Shown in pieces: positions 1 through 8,494 of a DNA stretch of 64,000 nucleotides. The stretch spans positions 22,522 through 86,521 of the forward strand of contig DAIUDK010000001.1 in NCBI GenBank assembly GCA_036845725.1, given 5' to 3'. The notes under the pieces are model-generated. The model did not search any database, was not told the DNA's origin, and was given only the letters and a program-made list of their open reading frames with translations. The number at the start of each line of letters is the position of its first letter. Positions within the stretch are counted from its first letter, which is position 1. This DNA is from Chloroflexota bacterium. Lineage in GTDB: Bacteria; Chloroflexota; Anaerolineae; B4-G1; SLSP01. The position numbers and the translations under genes were made by a program.

Positions 1-459
1 TCGTGGCGCGCCACGATCCAGGGGAACGGTCCCGCAGAGGCTCGCCTGCGCGCGCTGGTGGAGCACTACAACCTGACGGCGCGCGTTACGTTCAGTCTGC
101 CGGTCCCCTCCGTGGATATGCCGGCGTTCTACCAGGGCCTCGACGTGCTGGTACTCCCCTCACGCACTCAGGAGAACTGGACCGAGCAATTTGGGCGCGT
201 GCTGGTGGAGGCGATGGCCTGCGGTGTGCCGGTGGTCGGCTCCGCTGCGGGTGAAATTCCGCACGTTATCGGCGATGCCGGGATCGTCTTCCCCGAAAAT
301 GACGTCCAGGCGCTGCGTGCCGCGCTGGTCCGCTTGATCCACAACCAGGCGTTGCGGCGGGACTTAGGCGCACGAGGCCGCGCGCGTGTGCTGGCAGAGT
401 ACACGCAGCAGCACGTGGCGCAGCAGACCATCCAGGTTTATCAGGAGATGCTCGCATGA
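1..459 (+). CDS. Glycosyltransferase family 4 (GT-B fold), C-terminal part; 5' end lies outside the window
   Basis: The frame is open from nt 1. The protein ends ...VLVEAMACGVPVVGSAAGEIPHVIGDAGIVFPENDVQALRAALVRL..., a typical GT4 C-terminal domain (E-x7-E region). The stop overlaps the start of the next gene (ATGA). Confidence 0.75.
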   Translation, partial: SWRATIQGNGPAEARLRALVEHYNLTARVTFSLPVPSVDMPAFYQGLDVLVLPSRTQENWTEQFGRVLVEAMACGVPVVGSAAGEIPHVIGDAGIVFPENDVQALRAALVRLIHNQALRRDLGARGRARVLAEYTQQHVAQQTIQVYQEMLA

Positions 460-905
460 AGCTCCTATCGATACCGGAAAAACTATTCAAAGCCTTAATG
501 GCGCACAGCTACTACCTGATCGGCATCGTCCACCGCTACATCGGCAACTCGCGCGGCGTGCGTTGGGAGTACGAAGCCGCTATCGACGCCTTCACCCGCG
601 CGCTGGAATGGAAGCCCGATTTCGCGCAAATCTACCTGGATCGCGGCATCCTCTATTGGCGCGAAATCGATCACCCGCGCAAGGCCATCCACGACCTGAC
701 CACGGCAATGAACCTCGACCCGCGCCTGGTTGAGGCGCAGTTCAACCGCGCCATCGCGCACCAACAACTGCGCGAATACGCCGAAGCCATCGCCGATTTC
801 CAGGCTTACCTGGCCGTCGGCGAACATCCTTACTGGCGGGAACATGCCGAATCGATGATACGGGAGTTAAGCGAATGGGTGCCGAACGCAGAAGTCGATC
901 GATAA
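456..905 (+). CDS. Tetratricopeptide (TPR) repeat protein
   Basis: 149 aa with repeated 34-residue A/Y/L-rich helical pairs (AIDAFTRALEWKPDFAQIYLDRGILYW..., AIHDLTTAMNLDPRLVEAQFNRAIAH..., AIADFQAYLAV). Translationally coupled to the upstream GT4 gene. Confidence 0.7.
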   Translation: MKLLSIPEKLFKALMAHSYYLIGIVHRYIGNSRGVRWEYEAAIDAFTRALEWKPDFAQIYLDRGILYWREIDHPRKAIHDLTTAMNLDPRLVEAQFNRAIAHQQLREYAEAIADFQAYLAVGEHPYWREHAESMIRELSEWVPNAEVDR

Positions 906-2050
906 ATATCGCTGGCGTTGTCCTGGTGTGCGGCCTCTTGGGGCTGCTCGCCGCCTGCACGTCGACAAGGGTGCCGCCGCCCGCCCCCACGCCGCTTTCC
1001 CCGCCCCAGGTCACGTTCGACACGGCCCCGGATACGGTATGCCAGGCCGCGACACAAATCCGCTTCACCCCGGAGGCACTCGATGTTTGGCCCATCACGG
1101 TGAAGGCGCAGTGGATGCTCAGCCGTGAAAGCGAGAGCGCCGTCCTCAGCCAGGGCGAATGGCAGCCCGGCATGGGCGAGTTGCTCATCGCCTTTCCCAA
1201 AGGCGAAGCGCTGCCGCCAGGGCGCTACACGTTGGCGCTGCACGCGGACGGTGTCGCCTTAGGCGCACACACGTTCACCATCGCCGAAGACACCGCTGCC
1301 ATTACGTCAATGGAGCTGGCACTCACGCCCTCCGGCCCGACGTTGACCCGGCTGCCAGATGGCACGCAGCACTTCTACCTGCGCTTCACCTACCAGGGTG
1401 CATGCCCCGGCGCGCCGTACTGGATCGCCATCCGGCAAGAGAACGCAATCATCTGCACCCATAACGCCACCTTGCTCCAGGCAGAGGGCACAGAGAGTGT
1501 GGCCTGTTACCGCAAAAACGGCGCGCCGTTAGAAGACGGCGATTACCACTCCGAACTTACGCTGATGGGACGCACGGAACACACCTTCGCCTTTGCGGTT
1601 GGCGAGCCCCCTGTCCCCGATCCGACCGCCACGGCGACTCCCGCGCCGACCGCCACGCCTGAACCGCTGCCCTCGCTCACCTGCGCGCCGCTCTTCGCCG
1701 CCGCCGGACTGACGCCCGCAGGCGAGCCGTTCCTGCCCCAAGATCGCTTCGAATGGTATTCACAGGTCATCTATGTGGGGACGCAGTGCGCGGGACTTTC
1801 GGCCGGTACAACGTGGGAGAGCGCGTGGTACCGCAATGGCGTCAACGTACGTGCAGCCAGCGGCGTGTGGAATGAAACGGGCAATACAGGGGTTATCTGG
1901 GACAGCATCACCGGCATTCCGGGCGCGCCGTTCCTGCTGCCCGGCGAGTACACCGTCACCCTGACCCTGGACAACACGCGCCCGCTCACCGCCACCTTCC
2001 GCCTGATTGCCTACATCAAACCCGAACCGGAGGCAACGACGGGACCGTGA
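875..2050 (+). CDS. Hypothetical lipoprotein (secreted; Pro/Thr-rich linker)
   Basis: N-terminal lipoprotein-type signal (...VVLVCGLLGLLAACTS). Contains a PT-rich linker (PVPDPTATATPAPTATPEPLP). A GGGAG motif lies 7 nt 5' of the ATG. No recognisable catalytic motif. Confidence 0.55.
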   Translation: MGAERRSRSINIAGVVLVCGLLGLLAACTSTRVPPPAPTPLSPPQVTFDTAPDTVCQAATQIRFTPEALDVWPITVKAQWMLSRESESAVLSQGEWQPGMGELLIAFPKGEALPPGRYTLALHADGVALGAHTFTIAEDTAAITSMELALTPSGPTLTRLPDGTQHFYLRFTYQGACPGAPYWIAIRQENAIICTHNATLLQAEGTESVACYRKNGAPLEDGDYHSELTLMGRTEHTFAFAVGEPPVPDPTATATPAPTATPEPLPSLTCAPLFAAAGLTPAGEPFLPQDRFEWYSQVIYVGTQCAGLSAGTTWESAWYRNGVNVRAASGVWNETGNTGVIWDSITGIPGAPFLLPGEYTVTLTLDNTRPLTATFRLIAYIKPEPEATTGP

Positions 2051-2120
2051 AATATTGACACACAGCGCATCAAATGCTAACATTAAGGTAGAACCGACGG
2101 GAACTTAACATCACAAAGAC

Positions 2121-2173
2121 ACCAAACCACGAAGCTGTCGGGGTCTCCCTGGTGTTTTCGTGTTTTGGTGGTT
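2121..2173. repeat. Related hairpin element (ACCAAACCACGAA ... TTCGTGTTTTGGTGG)
   Basis: Imperfect 14-bp stem sharing the CCACGAA/TTCGTGG core. Lies between the lipoprotein gene and the cytidylate-kinase-like gene. May serve as a terminator (T-rich 3' arm). Confidence 0.35.
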
Positions 2174-2195
2174 TACCTACATAAGGAGAATGACC

Positions 2196-2936
2196 ATGAG
2201 CATCATAATCACCGTCTCAAGGCAATTAGGCAGCCGTGGCAGTTACATTGCGACGGCCGTCGCCAAAAAACTCAACCTGCGCTATATCGACCGGGAAATC
2301 CTCAACCGCGCCGCAGAAATGGCCGGTTTCCCCGATGAATCCATGGTTGAAGAATTGGAAAAGCGCGAGCGCGTCCCCGGATTTTTAGAGCGCATCATCG
2401 ACTCGATGAATACCATGCCCGCCATCCCCACTATCGCCAGCGCCACGTTACGTGAGGGCTATGCTTACGACGAGCAGGTCGCCGCGCTGATCCTGCAAGA
2501 TAACCTGAGCCGCGACGAGGCACTCCACCATCTCACCGAGCAGCAGCGCCGCGTCGAGGCCGGTGCGTCCTACGGGGAACTCATCCGGCGGGTCATCCAG
2601 GAGTATGCCCAAACAGGGGGCGTCATTATCGCGGGACGAGGCGGGCAGGTGGTGCTAAAGGATTTCGCCAACGCGCTGCACGTGCGCATCCACGCGCCAG
2701 AAGACCTGCGCATCCTGCGTCTCACCGAGCGCCTGGGGTTGGATCAGAAAGAGGCCGAACGGCAAATCCACCAGGCCGACAAAGAACGCGTGCGCTACAT
2801 GAAACACTTCTACGACGCCAGATGGGACGATCCCGATCTCTACCATCTGACCATCAACACAGGTAAAATCGCGGCAGATCTGGCGACGCAAATCATCTGC
2901 GACACGGCGCAACGCCTCGCCCGGCCGATACCGTAA
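2196..2936 (+). CDS. Cytidylate kinase-like family protein (PF13189-type P-loop fold, predicted)
   Basis: MSIIITVSRQLGSRGSYIATAVAKKLNLRYIDREIL... matches the degenerate P-loop N-terminus of the cytidylate_kin2 family. SD AAGGAG lies 6 nt upstream of the ATG at 2196; the ATG at 2190 is too close to the SD. Confidence 0.6.
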   Translation: MSIIITVSRQLGSRGSYIATAVAKKLNLRYIDREILNRAAEMAGFPDESMVEELEKRERVPGFLERIIDSMNTMPAIPTIASATLREGYAYDEQVAALILQDNLSRDEALHHLTEQQRRVEAGASYGELIRRVIQEYAQTGGVIIAGRGGQVVLKDFANALHVRIHAPEDLRILRLTERLGLDQKEAERQIHQADKERVRYMKHFYDARWDDPDLYHLTINTGKIAADLATQIICDTAQRLARPIP

Positions 2937-2951
2937 AACACACTACCCCCA

Positions 2952-2990
2952 GCGAAGGTGCAGGCGAACCCTCGGTTCGCCCACCTTCGC
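2952..2990. terminator. Nested GC-rich stem-loop between convergent genes (no U-tract)
   Basis: gcgaaggtg-ca-ggcgaacc-ctc-ggttcgcc-caccttcgc gives 9 + 8 bp of perfect nested stems. Confidence 0.5.
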
Positions 2991-3005
2991 AAGGGCAGAA
3001 TCAAA

Positions 3006-3668
3006 TCAATATCCGGTCAGCAGGCCGCCTTCGGTTGAATCGGTGAAGACGGCGCCCAACAGGCGCACGTGGACCCGCTCCAGCAGTTCTTTGGCCTGGG
3101 CAATGCGGTCGCGGCGTGTGTGTCCGGCACGCACGACCAGCAGCAGGCCATCCGTCCGCGCCGCCAGCACCGAAGCATCCACCGCGACCGTGACCGGCGG
3201 CGCATCGAACACCACCACGTCGGCGCGCGCCTTCAGATGCGCCAGCAATTGCTCCATCTTCTGCGCGCCGAGGATGTCGGCGGGATTGGGCGGCAGCGCG
3301 CCGCTCGGCAGCAGTTGCAAACCCGGCACGTCAGTCTCCACAAGCGCCAATGCCTCTTCCCCATCGTGACTCACCATGTAGCCTGTCAACCCCGGTTCCT
3401 GAGGCGCGTCAAAGCAGGTGTGCAGGCTGGGACGGCGCAGGTCGGCGTCCACCAAAATCACCCGCTGCCCGGATTGCGCCATAACAACCGCCAGGTTCAC
3501 CGCCACCTGTGACTTGCCATCGTCGGGGGACGGTGATGAGACTACCAGCGTCTCTAAAGGTTTGTCGAGGCTGGTAAACGTCAAATTCATCCGCAGAGCA
3601 CGGTAAGCTTCCGCCGCCGGCGAGCGCGGCTCAGCCAGGGTCACTACACTTGCTTTATCCATCGTCAC
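3006..3668 (-). CDS. BY-kinase-like P-loop ATPase (CapB/CpsD/YwqD family), polysaccharide co-polymerase partner
   Basis: Walker A is SSPSPDDGKS and Walker A' is VILVDADLRRP; a Walker B-like VVVFDAPP is present. RBS AAAGGAG lies 6 nt upstream. Sits immediately downstream of a Wzz/CapA-like gene, the classic capA-capB order. The C-terminus ...LLTGY has a single Tyr only. Confidence 0.8.
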   Translation of the reverse strand: MTMDKASVVTLAEPRSPAAEAYRALRMNLTFTSLDKPLETLVVSSPSPDDGKSQVAVNLAVVMAQSGQRVILVDADLRRPSLHTCFDAPQEPGLTGYMVSHDGEEALALVETDVPGLQLLPSGALPPNPADILGAQKMEQLLAHLKARADVVVFDAPPVTVAVDASVLAARTDGLLLVVRAGHTRRDRIAQAKELLERVHVRLLGAVFTDSTEGGLLTGY

Positions 3669-3690
3669 TCCTTTAGATTCAAGACTACAA

Positions 3691-3770
3691 AGGTCTCAGC
3701 ACGCACTGGCACTACGCAAGATAGAGCTTGGCACAGATAAATGCGCGACAAAACACGTCGTAAGACTTTT
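3691..3770. repeat. Pair of near-identical 15-bp palindromic sites (agactacaaaggtct / agacttttgtagtct) 50 bp apart in the Wzz to BY-kinase spacer
   Basis: The second site is the reverse complement of the first with one mismatch. Each is an AGACT-N5-AGTCT palindrome. Confidence 0.4.
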
Positions 3771-3794
3771 GTAGTCTGTAACCAAAATTCTTTG

Positions 3795-4448
3795 CTACTG
3801 TGCCGGCGGGATCACGCCGAGGACGGTCACGCCGGTCTCGCGCTCCAAGTCTTGCGGCAGATGCACAATCCCGGCTTCCAGCCATTCGAGCACGAACACG
3901 ATGACCACGCCGATGACGAGGCCAAAAATCCCCCCCGCCGCCACGTTGATCATCGTTTTGGGCCGCAACTGCCGGTAAGAGGCCGGATCGATGGCTTTGG
4001 CAAATACACGGTCCTCCTTGTTCTGAAGTGCGTTTTGCTCGTTGCGCCATTCCTGGAACAACTGTGCCCAGGTGTTGGCGATATTGTTGGCCTGCTCGCC
4101 GTCGTAGTCATCCACGTCGATCTTGATCACCATGCGAGCATCGTCGACGGCGAAGGTCACATCGCCCTTTAAATCTTTAGCGGTGCGCATCAAGGTCCGT
4201 CGGTCGATGACCTCCTGCGCATACTGCTCCGACCACATTGTCGCTGAGAAGTTATTCAGCAACAACTTGGCCGATTGCGCCAAGCCAAAGTCAGGCCGCG
4301 CGAGCTGGATTGAAACCTCAATACTGGAACGGTAGACCGGCGTCTGCACTTTACTGAAGACAAAGGCGCTCGCTGCAGCCACAACCGCCGCCAGCAGGAT
4401 GATCCATCCGCGGTAGCGAAGGATACGCACGTAGTCTTGAATTTTCAC
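3795..4448 (-). CDS. Wzz/CapA-like polysaccharide chain-length determinant (membrane modulator of the BY-kinase)
   Basis: GTG start at 4448 preceded by AGGAGTGAGCGA. Has an N-terminal TM segment (WIILLAAVVAAASAFVF), a periplasmic domain and a C-terminal TM segment (GGIFGLVIGVVIVFVLEWL). This is PCP2b/Wzz topology. The ORF-track extension upstream to 4691 is probably not translated. Confidence 0.7.
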   Translation of the reverse strand: MKIQDYVRILRYRGWIILLAAVVAAASAFVFSKVQTPVYRSSIEVSIQLARPDFGLAQSAKLLLNNFSATMWSEQYAQEVIDRRTLMRTAKDLKGDVTFAVDDARMVIKIDVDDYDGEQANNIANTWAQLFQEWRNEQNALQNKEDRVFAKAIDPASYRQLRPKTMINVAAGGIFGLVIGVVIVFVLEWLEAGIVHLPQDLERETGVTVLGVIPPAQ

Positions 4449-4469
4449 TCGCTCACTCCTTAAAAATAG

Positions 4470-4505
4470 TTGCGTAGTCGTTAATCTGATAGTCGGATAG
4501 TCAGT
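4470..4505 (-). repeat. Three GACTA units (GACTATC...CGACTATC...CGACTAC) upstream of the Wzz SD
   Basis: The minus strand reads cactGACTATCcGACTATCagattaacGACTACgcaactatttttAAGGAGtgagcgagGTG. Confidence 0.35.
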
Positions 4506-4519
4506 GAAACAATGCCATC

Positions 4520-4828
4520 TCAAGAACTCTGACGACCGCGCAGTCGCGCGCGCACTTCCCGGCAATGTGGACAATCCACATCCGTGTACGGTCGCCCGCA
4601 TGTCTGGCAAACACGGGTTTGCATTGGACGACTCTCCTGCATCGGCAGTAAAATCATCGTCACATCTTCGTTTTCGTGACGCGACATCCACTCTTCCACG
4701 AGGATGTTACCTACCAGCCACCGCCCGCTGTCTGGATCGCGGCTCACGACGCCTTGCATAAACCGACCCTCCAGCGCATACGCCGCGTTGGTCAAATCCC
4801 GAATGCTTGCTTTACGATATGCTGTCAT
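4520..4828 (-). CDS. Small zinc-ribbon protein (CxxC...CxxC), function unknown
   Basis: 103 aa beginning at the internal ATG at 4828 (MTAYRK...) with RBS GGGAGG upstream. The C-terminus is ...VCQTCGRPYTDVDCPHCREV. Lies between the GT-C-like membrane protein gene and the Wzz gene on the same strand. Confidence 0.45.
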   Translation of the reverse strand: MTAYRKASIRDLTNAAYALEGRFMQGVVSRDPDSGRWLVGNILVEEWMSRHENEDVTMILLPMQESRPMQTRVCQTCGRPYTDVDCPHCREVRARLRGRQSS

Positions 4829-4852
4829 AGACCTCCCGTGATGGGTCTGGGA

Positions 4853-4880
4853 CGAATTTCGCCGGGCGAATTTCGCCCAC
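4853..4880. repeat. Two tandem palindromes GRCGAATTTCGYC (gacgaatttcgcc + gggcgaatttcgccc)
   Basis: Both are perfect or near-perfect 13-15 bp palindromes. They sit in the spacer between the GT-C-like membrane protein gene and the zinc-ribbon gene. Confidence 0.45.
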
Positions 4881-4952
4881 CCACAAGGGCACATTATAAA
4901 CGAAGCGGGCAGGAGAGCAAGATGCAGGGTCAAGGGCAGGAAGCAAGAGCCC

Positions 4953-6728
4953 TTAGCGAGCACGCCACAGGATCATCTGCTCGGATGCAGGCATGGTTGG
5001 CGTCTGGCGGAAGAGATACCAGCGCGCCAGATCCTTGCATGCCAGCGGGAGTATAGATTGGCAGGCTGGAATGCGCGCAGTCCCACGGGTCAACGCGGTG
5101 AAAGCCATCCCTTCCCACGTCTGTACTGCTGTGTCAGGCGGGATCGCGTCAGGCGCAGCCACCACCGCCCCGGTGACATCCGCCGGCCAGAATTCGGCGA
5201 CGCGCAGGCGCGCAAAATCGCGCAGCGCCCAGCGCATCACCGCCGCCGTCGCCGCATCCCGCGCCACCACCGTGACCGGGAAGGCATCCCGCCGCTGCCC
5301 GCTCTGCACCGCCATCCGGTCTAGCATAGTGCGTAGCGCACGCAAGTCCGGCGAGACCGCTGCCGGCACTGCCGGTTCTGCGATAGAATCGGGACGCACG
5401 AACGCCAGTCCCCAGGCAAAACCCGCCTGTGTCACCAATAGGGCCAGCGTCAGCCCCAACATCGCGCCGCGCCACACCAGATGCAAGGGCATCTTCAAGG
5501 AGAACAACAGCGCGATCAGGGCTTGTAACGCCAGCAAGGTCACGCTACCGAGAAGCAAAACCAGGTTGACGTTATCGAATGCGCCTCCGAGGGCTGAGGT
5601 TCCAGTTCCATTTGCATGCCACGCCAATGCTAACCCCACCGGCTGCCAGAAGATAAAGCCCACCAGCCCGTGTAATGCCGTCCACTTTAGAACCGGACCG
5701 GCGGTGGCGCGGTTGGAGAGCGGCCATAGTAGCGCCTGCTGCACGCCGTACCCGGCGAACAATGTCAAGGGCAAAACGACCACCACCAAAGCCGAAGGTG
5801 TCGCGCCGGGACGCAGGCTCACCAGCAGCAGCCCGAAGACGCCCCACAGTGCCAACGCCAGGGGCAGAGAAGCCGTTTTCCTCACAGTGTAGGTGCGCAA
5901 CAACATCACAACCAACCCGAGCAGCACCAGCAGCAGCGTAACCGGCTCGTAGAGGAATAGAAGGACGACCGGCGGAAGCCCGGCGCGAGGCGCGCGCCAA
6001 GAGGTCAACCACGCCGCCAGTCCATCGGCGACACCGCTCCAGCCATTCCAACGCAGTCCCAAAGCAATTGTGATTAGCAGCGCGCTCAACAGTCCCCAGA
6101 GAGCAGGTCTGATCCACGCTCGCAAAGACATACCGTCGCGCAAGGAAACAGTCGGCGAGCTGAAAATCCAGCGGTAAATCACCCACGCCAGCGCCCCGGC
6201 GAGCAATCCGTCGTAGAATACGGAGCCGCTCGTCAACCCAATCGCCAGCCCGGCAACGACGAGCGCGGAGGAGCATCCTGCAGGCCACCCCTCCGCATCG
6301 CGCGCCAGCAGCGCCGTGAGCAGCAGCCCCGCGCCGAGCAAACCCAGGCTCGCGCCATCCACGCGCCGGGTCGCGAAGAGCGCCAATGGCGAGCAAAGCA
6401 GCAGTCCGGCCGCAACCAATGCGCCAACCTCGCCCAGACGTTTTCGCCAGAACCAGGGCAATCCCACCAGCGCCACGCCCGCCAGCGCGGGCAGCAGACG
6501 CGCCATCCCATCCCCGCCGCCGAAGAGCAGGAATAGCAATCCGTTGCCCACCAGCAGCAGCGGGCTTTCCACCCTACTGACCCACTCCGCGCCGCGCGCC
6601 GCATCCAAAGAGGCCAGCGCCGCCGTTGCCTCATCCGGTGCCAGCAGAACGCTGTTCAATGCCACCAGGCGTAACAACAGCGCCAAGACAATCATCGTTA
6701 CCCAAGCCCAACGCGCATATCGTTCCAT
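4953..6728 (-). CDS. Large polytopic membrane protein, GT-C-like (PMT/ArnT-type putative glycosyltransferase; COG4745-like)
   Basis: At least 13 predicted TM helices. The first extracytoplasmic loop carries a D-E motif (LLAPDEATAAL), typical of GT-C enzymes. Start ATG at 6728 with GAGGAAG upstream. An alternative start is the ATG at 6803, coupled to the upstream gene's stop. Confidence 0.5.
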   Translation of the reverse strand: MERYARWAWVTMIVLALLLRLVALNSVLLAPDEATAALASLDAARGAEWVSRVESPLLLVGNGLLFLLFGGGDGMARLLPALAGVALVGLPWFWRKRLGEVGALVAAGLLLCSPLALFATRRVDGASLGLLGAGLLLTALLARDAEGWPAGCSSALVVAGLAIGLTSGSVFYDGLLAGALAWVIYRWIFSSPTVSLRDGMSLRAWIRPALWGLLSALLITIALGLRWNGWSGVADGLAAWLTSWRAPRAGLPPVVLLFLYEPVTLLLVLLGLVVMLLRTYTVRKTASLPLALALWGVFGLLLVSLRPGATPSALVVVVLPLTLFAGYGVQQALLWPLSNRATAGPVLKWTALHGLVGFIFWQPVGLALAWHANGTGTSALGGAFDNVNLVLLLGSVTLLALQALIALLFSLKMPLHLVWRGAMLGLTLALLVTQAGFAWGLAFVRPDSIAEPAVPAAVSPDLRALRTMLDRMAVQSGQRRDAFPVTVVARDAATAAVMRWALRDFARLRVAEFWPADVTGAVVAAPDAIPPDTAVQTWEGMAFTALTRGTARIPACQSILPLACKDLARWYLFRQTPTMPASEQMILWRAR

Positions 6729-6804
6729 AGCTTCCTCAGTGGTTGTTACTCGTTGCTCAATACTGGTTACTGGGTGCTGGGATAATTCAGCTTTCCCCAC
6801 CATT

Positions 6805-7947
6805 CTATACCTGTCTACCGTCTGCCTCTTCCCCCGCCGTGCGGATATCCGCCTCTTGCGCCTCGATGCTTTCAACGAGTTTGAACTGGACAAGCGCCCG
6901 TGTGAGGTTGTGGCACGCGCGCTTTATCTTGTAGTAAACATTGCCTTCCAAATAGTCGGTGAAGAAGCGCAACGCCTGTTCCAGCGCGAGAAGGCGCACC
7001 GCGGCGTACAGGTATGTATAATCATCCACAGTATAGAACCCGTGCACGAGCGGCAAGTAGCCTTGCAAAATCGCCCGGCACAAGTCCATGTCGAAATATA
7101 CAGCGTCGATGTCCTCCGTCTCCTCGCCCAACGGATTACATCCGGAGCGCAGGCAATCGCCGATGTCGTATTGGACAAGCCCCGGCTTGATCGTGTCCAG
7201 GTCGATAAGGCCCACGGCCTGCCCGGTGACGTCATCAATCATCACGTTATCCACTTTGGGATCGCCGTGGGTCAGGCGCAGACGCAGCCTGCCCCGCGCC
7301 TGTGCGTCTTCCAACACGGGGATGATGTCCCGCCGCGCCGCGACAAAGCGCAGGCCGTATTCCACCTCTGGCGACCGGGCGAAGTCACCGCGCTCCACCA
7401 CCGCATCGTGGTACGCCAGATAGCGCGACGTGACATGATAGCCCGCGAGCGTGTCGTACAACCGTCCGGCGTCCAGATCGCTGATAAGGCTGTGGAAACG
7501 TCCCAGCGCATAGCCGACCTCGTGAGCATGGTATGCGTCCCGTATTTTGGGATACGTTCGCGCGCCCTCGATGAAGGTAAGCGCGCGCCAGAATCCGCCC
7601 TCCGTATCGAGCGCGTAATCGCGCCCATCCTGGGCTGAGACGATCTGCGGCGTCTCCCAACGACGTCCTGCCTTCGCCGTCTGCGGCAGCTCACCTTCCA
7701 CCACCATCCGTGCCGCCACATGCTCGCCGTACACGCGGATGTTGGACATAATCCATTCAGGTTGTTTGAACACCCGCCGGTTGATTTGCTGCAAGACGAA
7801 CCGCCGCCCCGATGCCGTTGTCACCAGATACGTGTCGTTGATGTTGCCCGCGCCGTATTCGCGGACGTCCGCAAGGGCGTCGGCGGGCAGGATGAAGTGG
7901 GCAGCCAGGGTAGAGATGTTTTCTTTGTTCGCCGTATCCGTTATCAT
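6805..7947 (-). CDS. Phosphotransferase-family kinase (APH/ChoK-like fold)
   Basis: Catalytic-loop motif LTHGDPKVDNVMIDD (HGD-x4-N) and downstream IDLDT (DxD) match the aminoglycoside phosphotransferase / sugar-kinase fold. The start is uncertain: ATG at 7947, or TTG at 8040. Confidence 0.65.
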   Translation of the reverse strand: MITDTANKENISTLAAHFILPADALADVREYGAGNINDTYLVTTASGRRFVLQQINRRVFKQPEWIMSNIRVYGEHVAARMVVEGELPQTAKAGRRWETPQIVSAQDGRDYALDTEGGFWRALTFIEGARTYPKIRDAYHAHEVGYALGRFHSLISDLDAGRLYDTLAGYHVTSRYLAYHDAVVERGDFARSPEVEYGLRFVAARRDIIPVLEDAQARGRLRLRLTHGDPKVDNVMIDDVTGQAVGLIDLDTIKPGLVQYDIGDCLRSGCNPLGEETEDIDAVYFDMDLCRAILQGYLPLVHGFYTVDDYTYLYAAVRLLALEQALRFFTDYLEGNVYYKIKRACHNLTRALVQFKLVESIEAQEADIRTAGEEADGRQV

Positions 7948-8095
7948 CCGTTCGGTTTTCGCACTCGCACGGGATTGTGATTGCACGCCGGTAATTCTAT
8001 CCCGAAAGGCAGGCTTTGCAACATTTGATTCGTAATCCAATAGAACTGGCCTGTGTGAGAATAAAAGTTATAATTCTTTCGGAGGATAAACTCAA

Positions 8096-8482
8096 ATGAA
8101 GAAAGTCATCGTGATGCTCATTGGAAGTGTAGGCGCAATCCTGCTGGGGCTGCCCTACATCTTCCATGCCTTCGGTCCAACCGAGGCAGAAGTGGTGTCG
8201 TGGGGCGAGGTTTCTCTGTACACCGGCATCGCCCTCACGCTGGTGGCTGTGGTCATCGGGCGCAGTGCGAATAAGCTTTCCCGAGGTGTCCTGGCGCTCG
8301 GTTACCTATTTTTGGCACTTCTGCAGGTGCTGCCAATTTACCTATGGTTTACCTTCCACGGCACGGGGATATCCGATGGCACACCGCCCAGTCTGTTTGT
8401 GGCGCACTGGGTCTACGCGATTCCGCACCTAGCGTTACTGATCGTCAGTCTCGTAGTGATTGCATCGATGTTCAAAGAGTAG
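8096..8482 (+). CDS. Small integral membrane protein (4 TM), hypothetical
   Basis: SD GGAGGA lies 8 nt upstream of the ATG. Four hydrophobic helices. Divergent from the kinase gene. Confidence 0.55.
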   Translation: MKKVIVMLIGSVGAILLGLPYIFHAFGPTEAEVVSWGEVSLYTGIALTLVAVVIGRSANKLSRGVLALGYLFLALLQVLPIYLWFTFHGTGISDGTPPSLFVAHWVYAIPHLALLIVSLVVIASMFKE

Positions 8483-8494
8483 TGCGAAACACCT

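Noticed and set aside
6316-7638. A 440-aa ORF on the plus strand, overlapping the GT-C-like membrane protein and APH-like kinase genes
   Set aside because: Antisense to two well-supported genes. The protein is low-complexity Ala/Arg/Ser-rich with no motifs. This is a typical high-GC shadow ORF.
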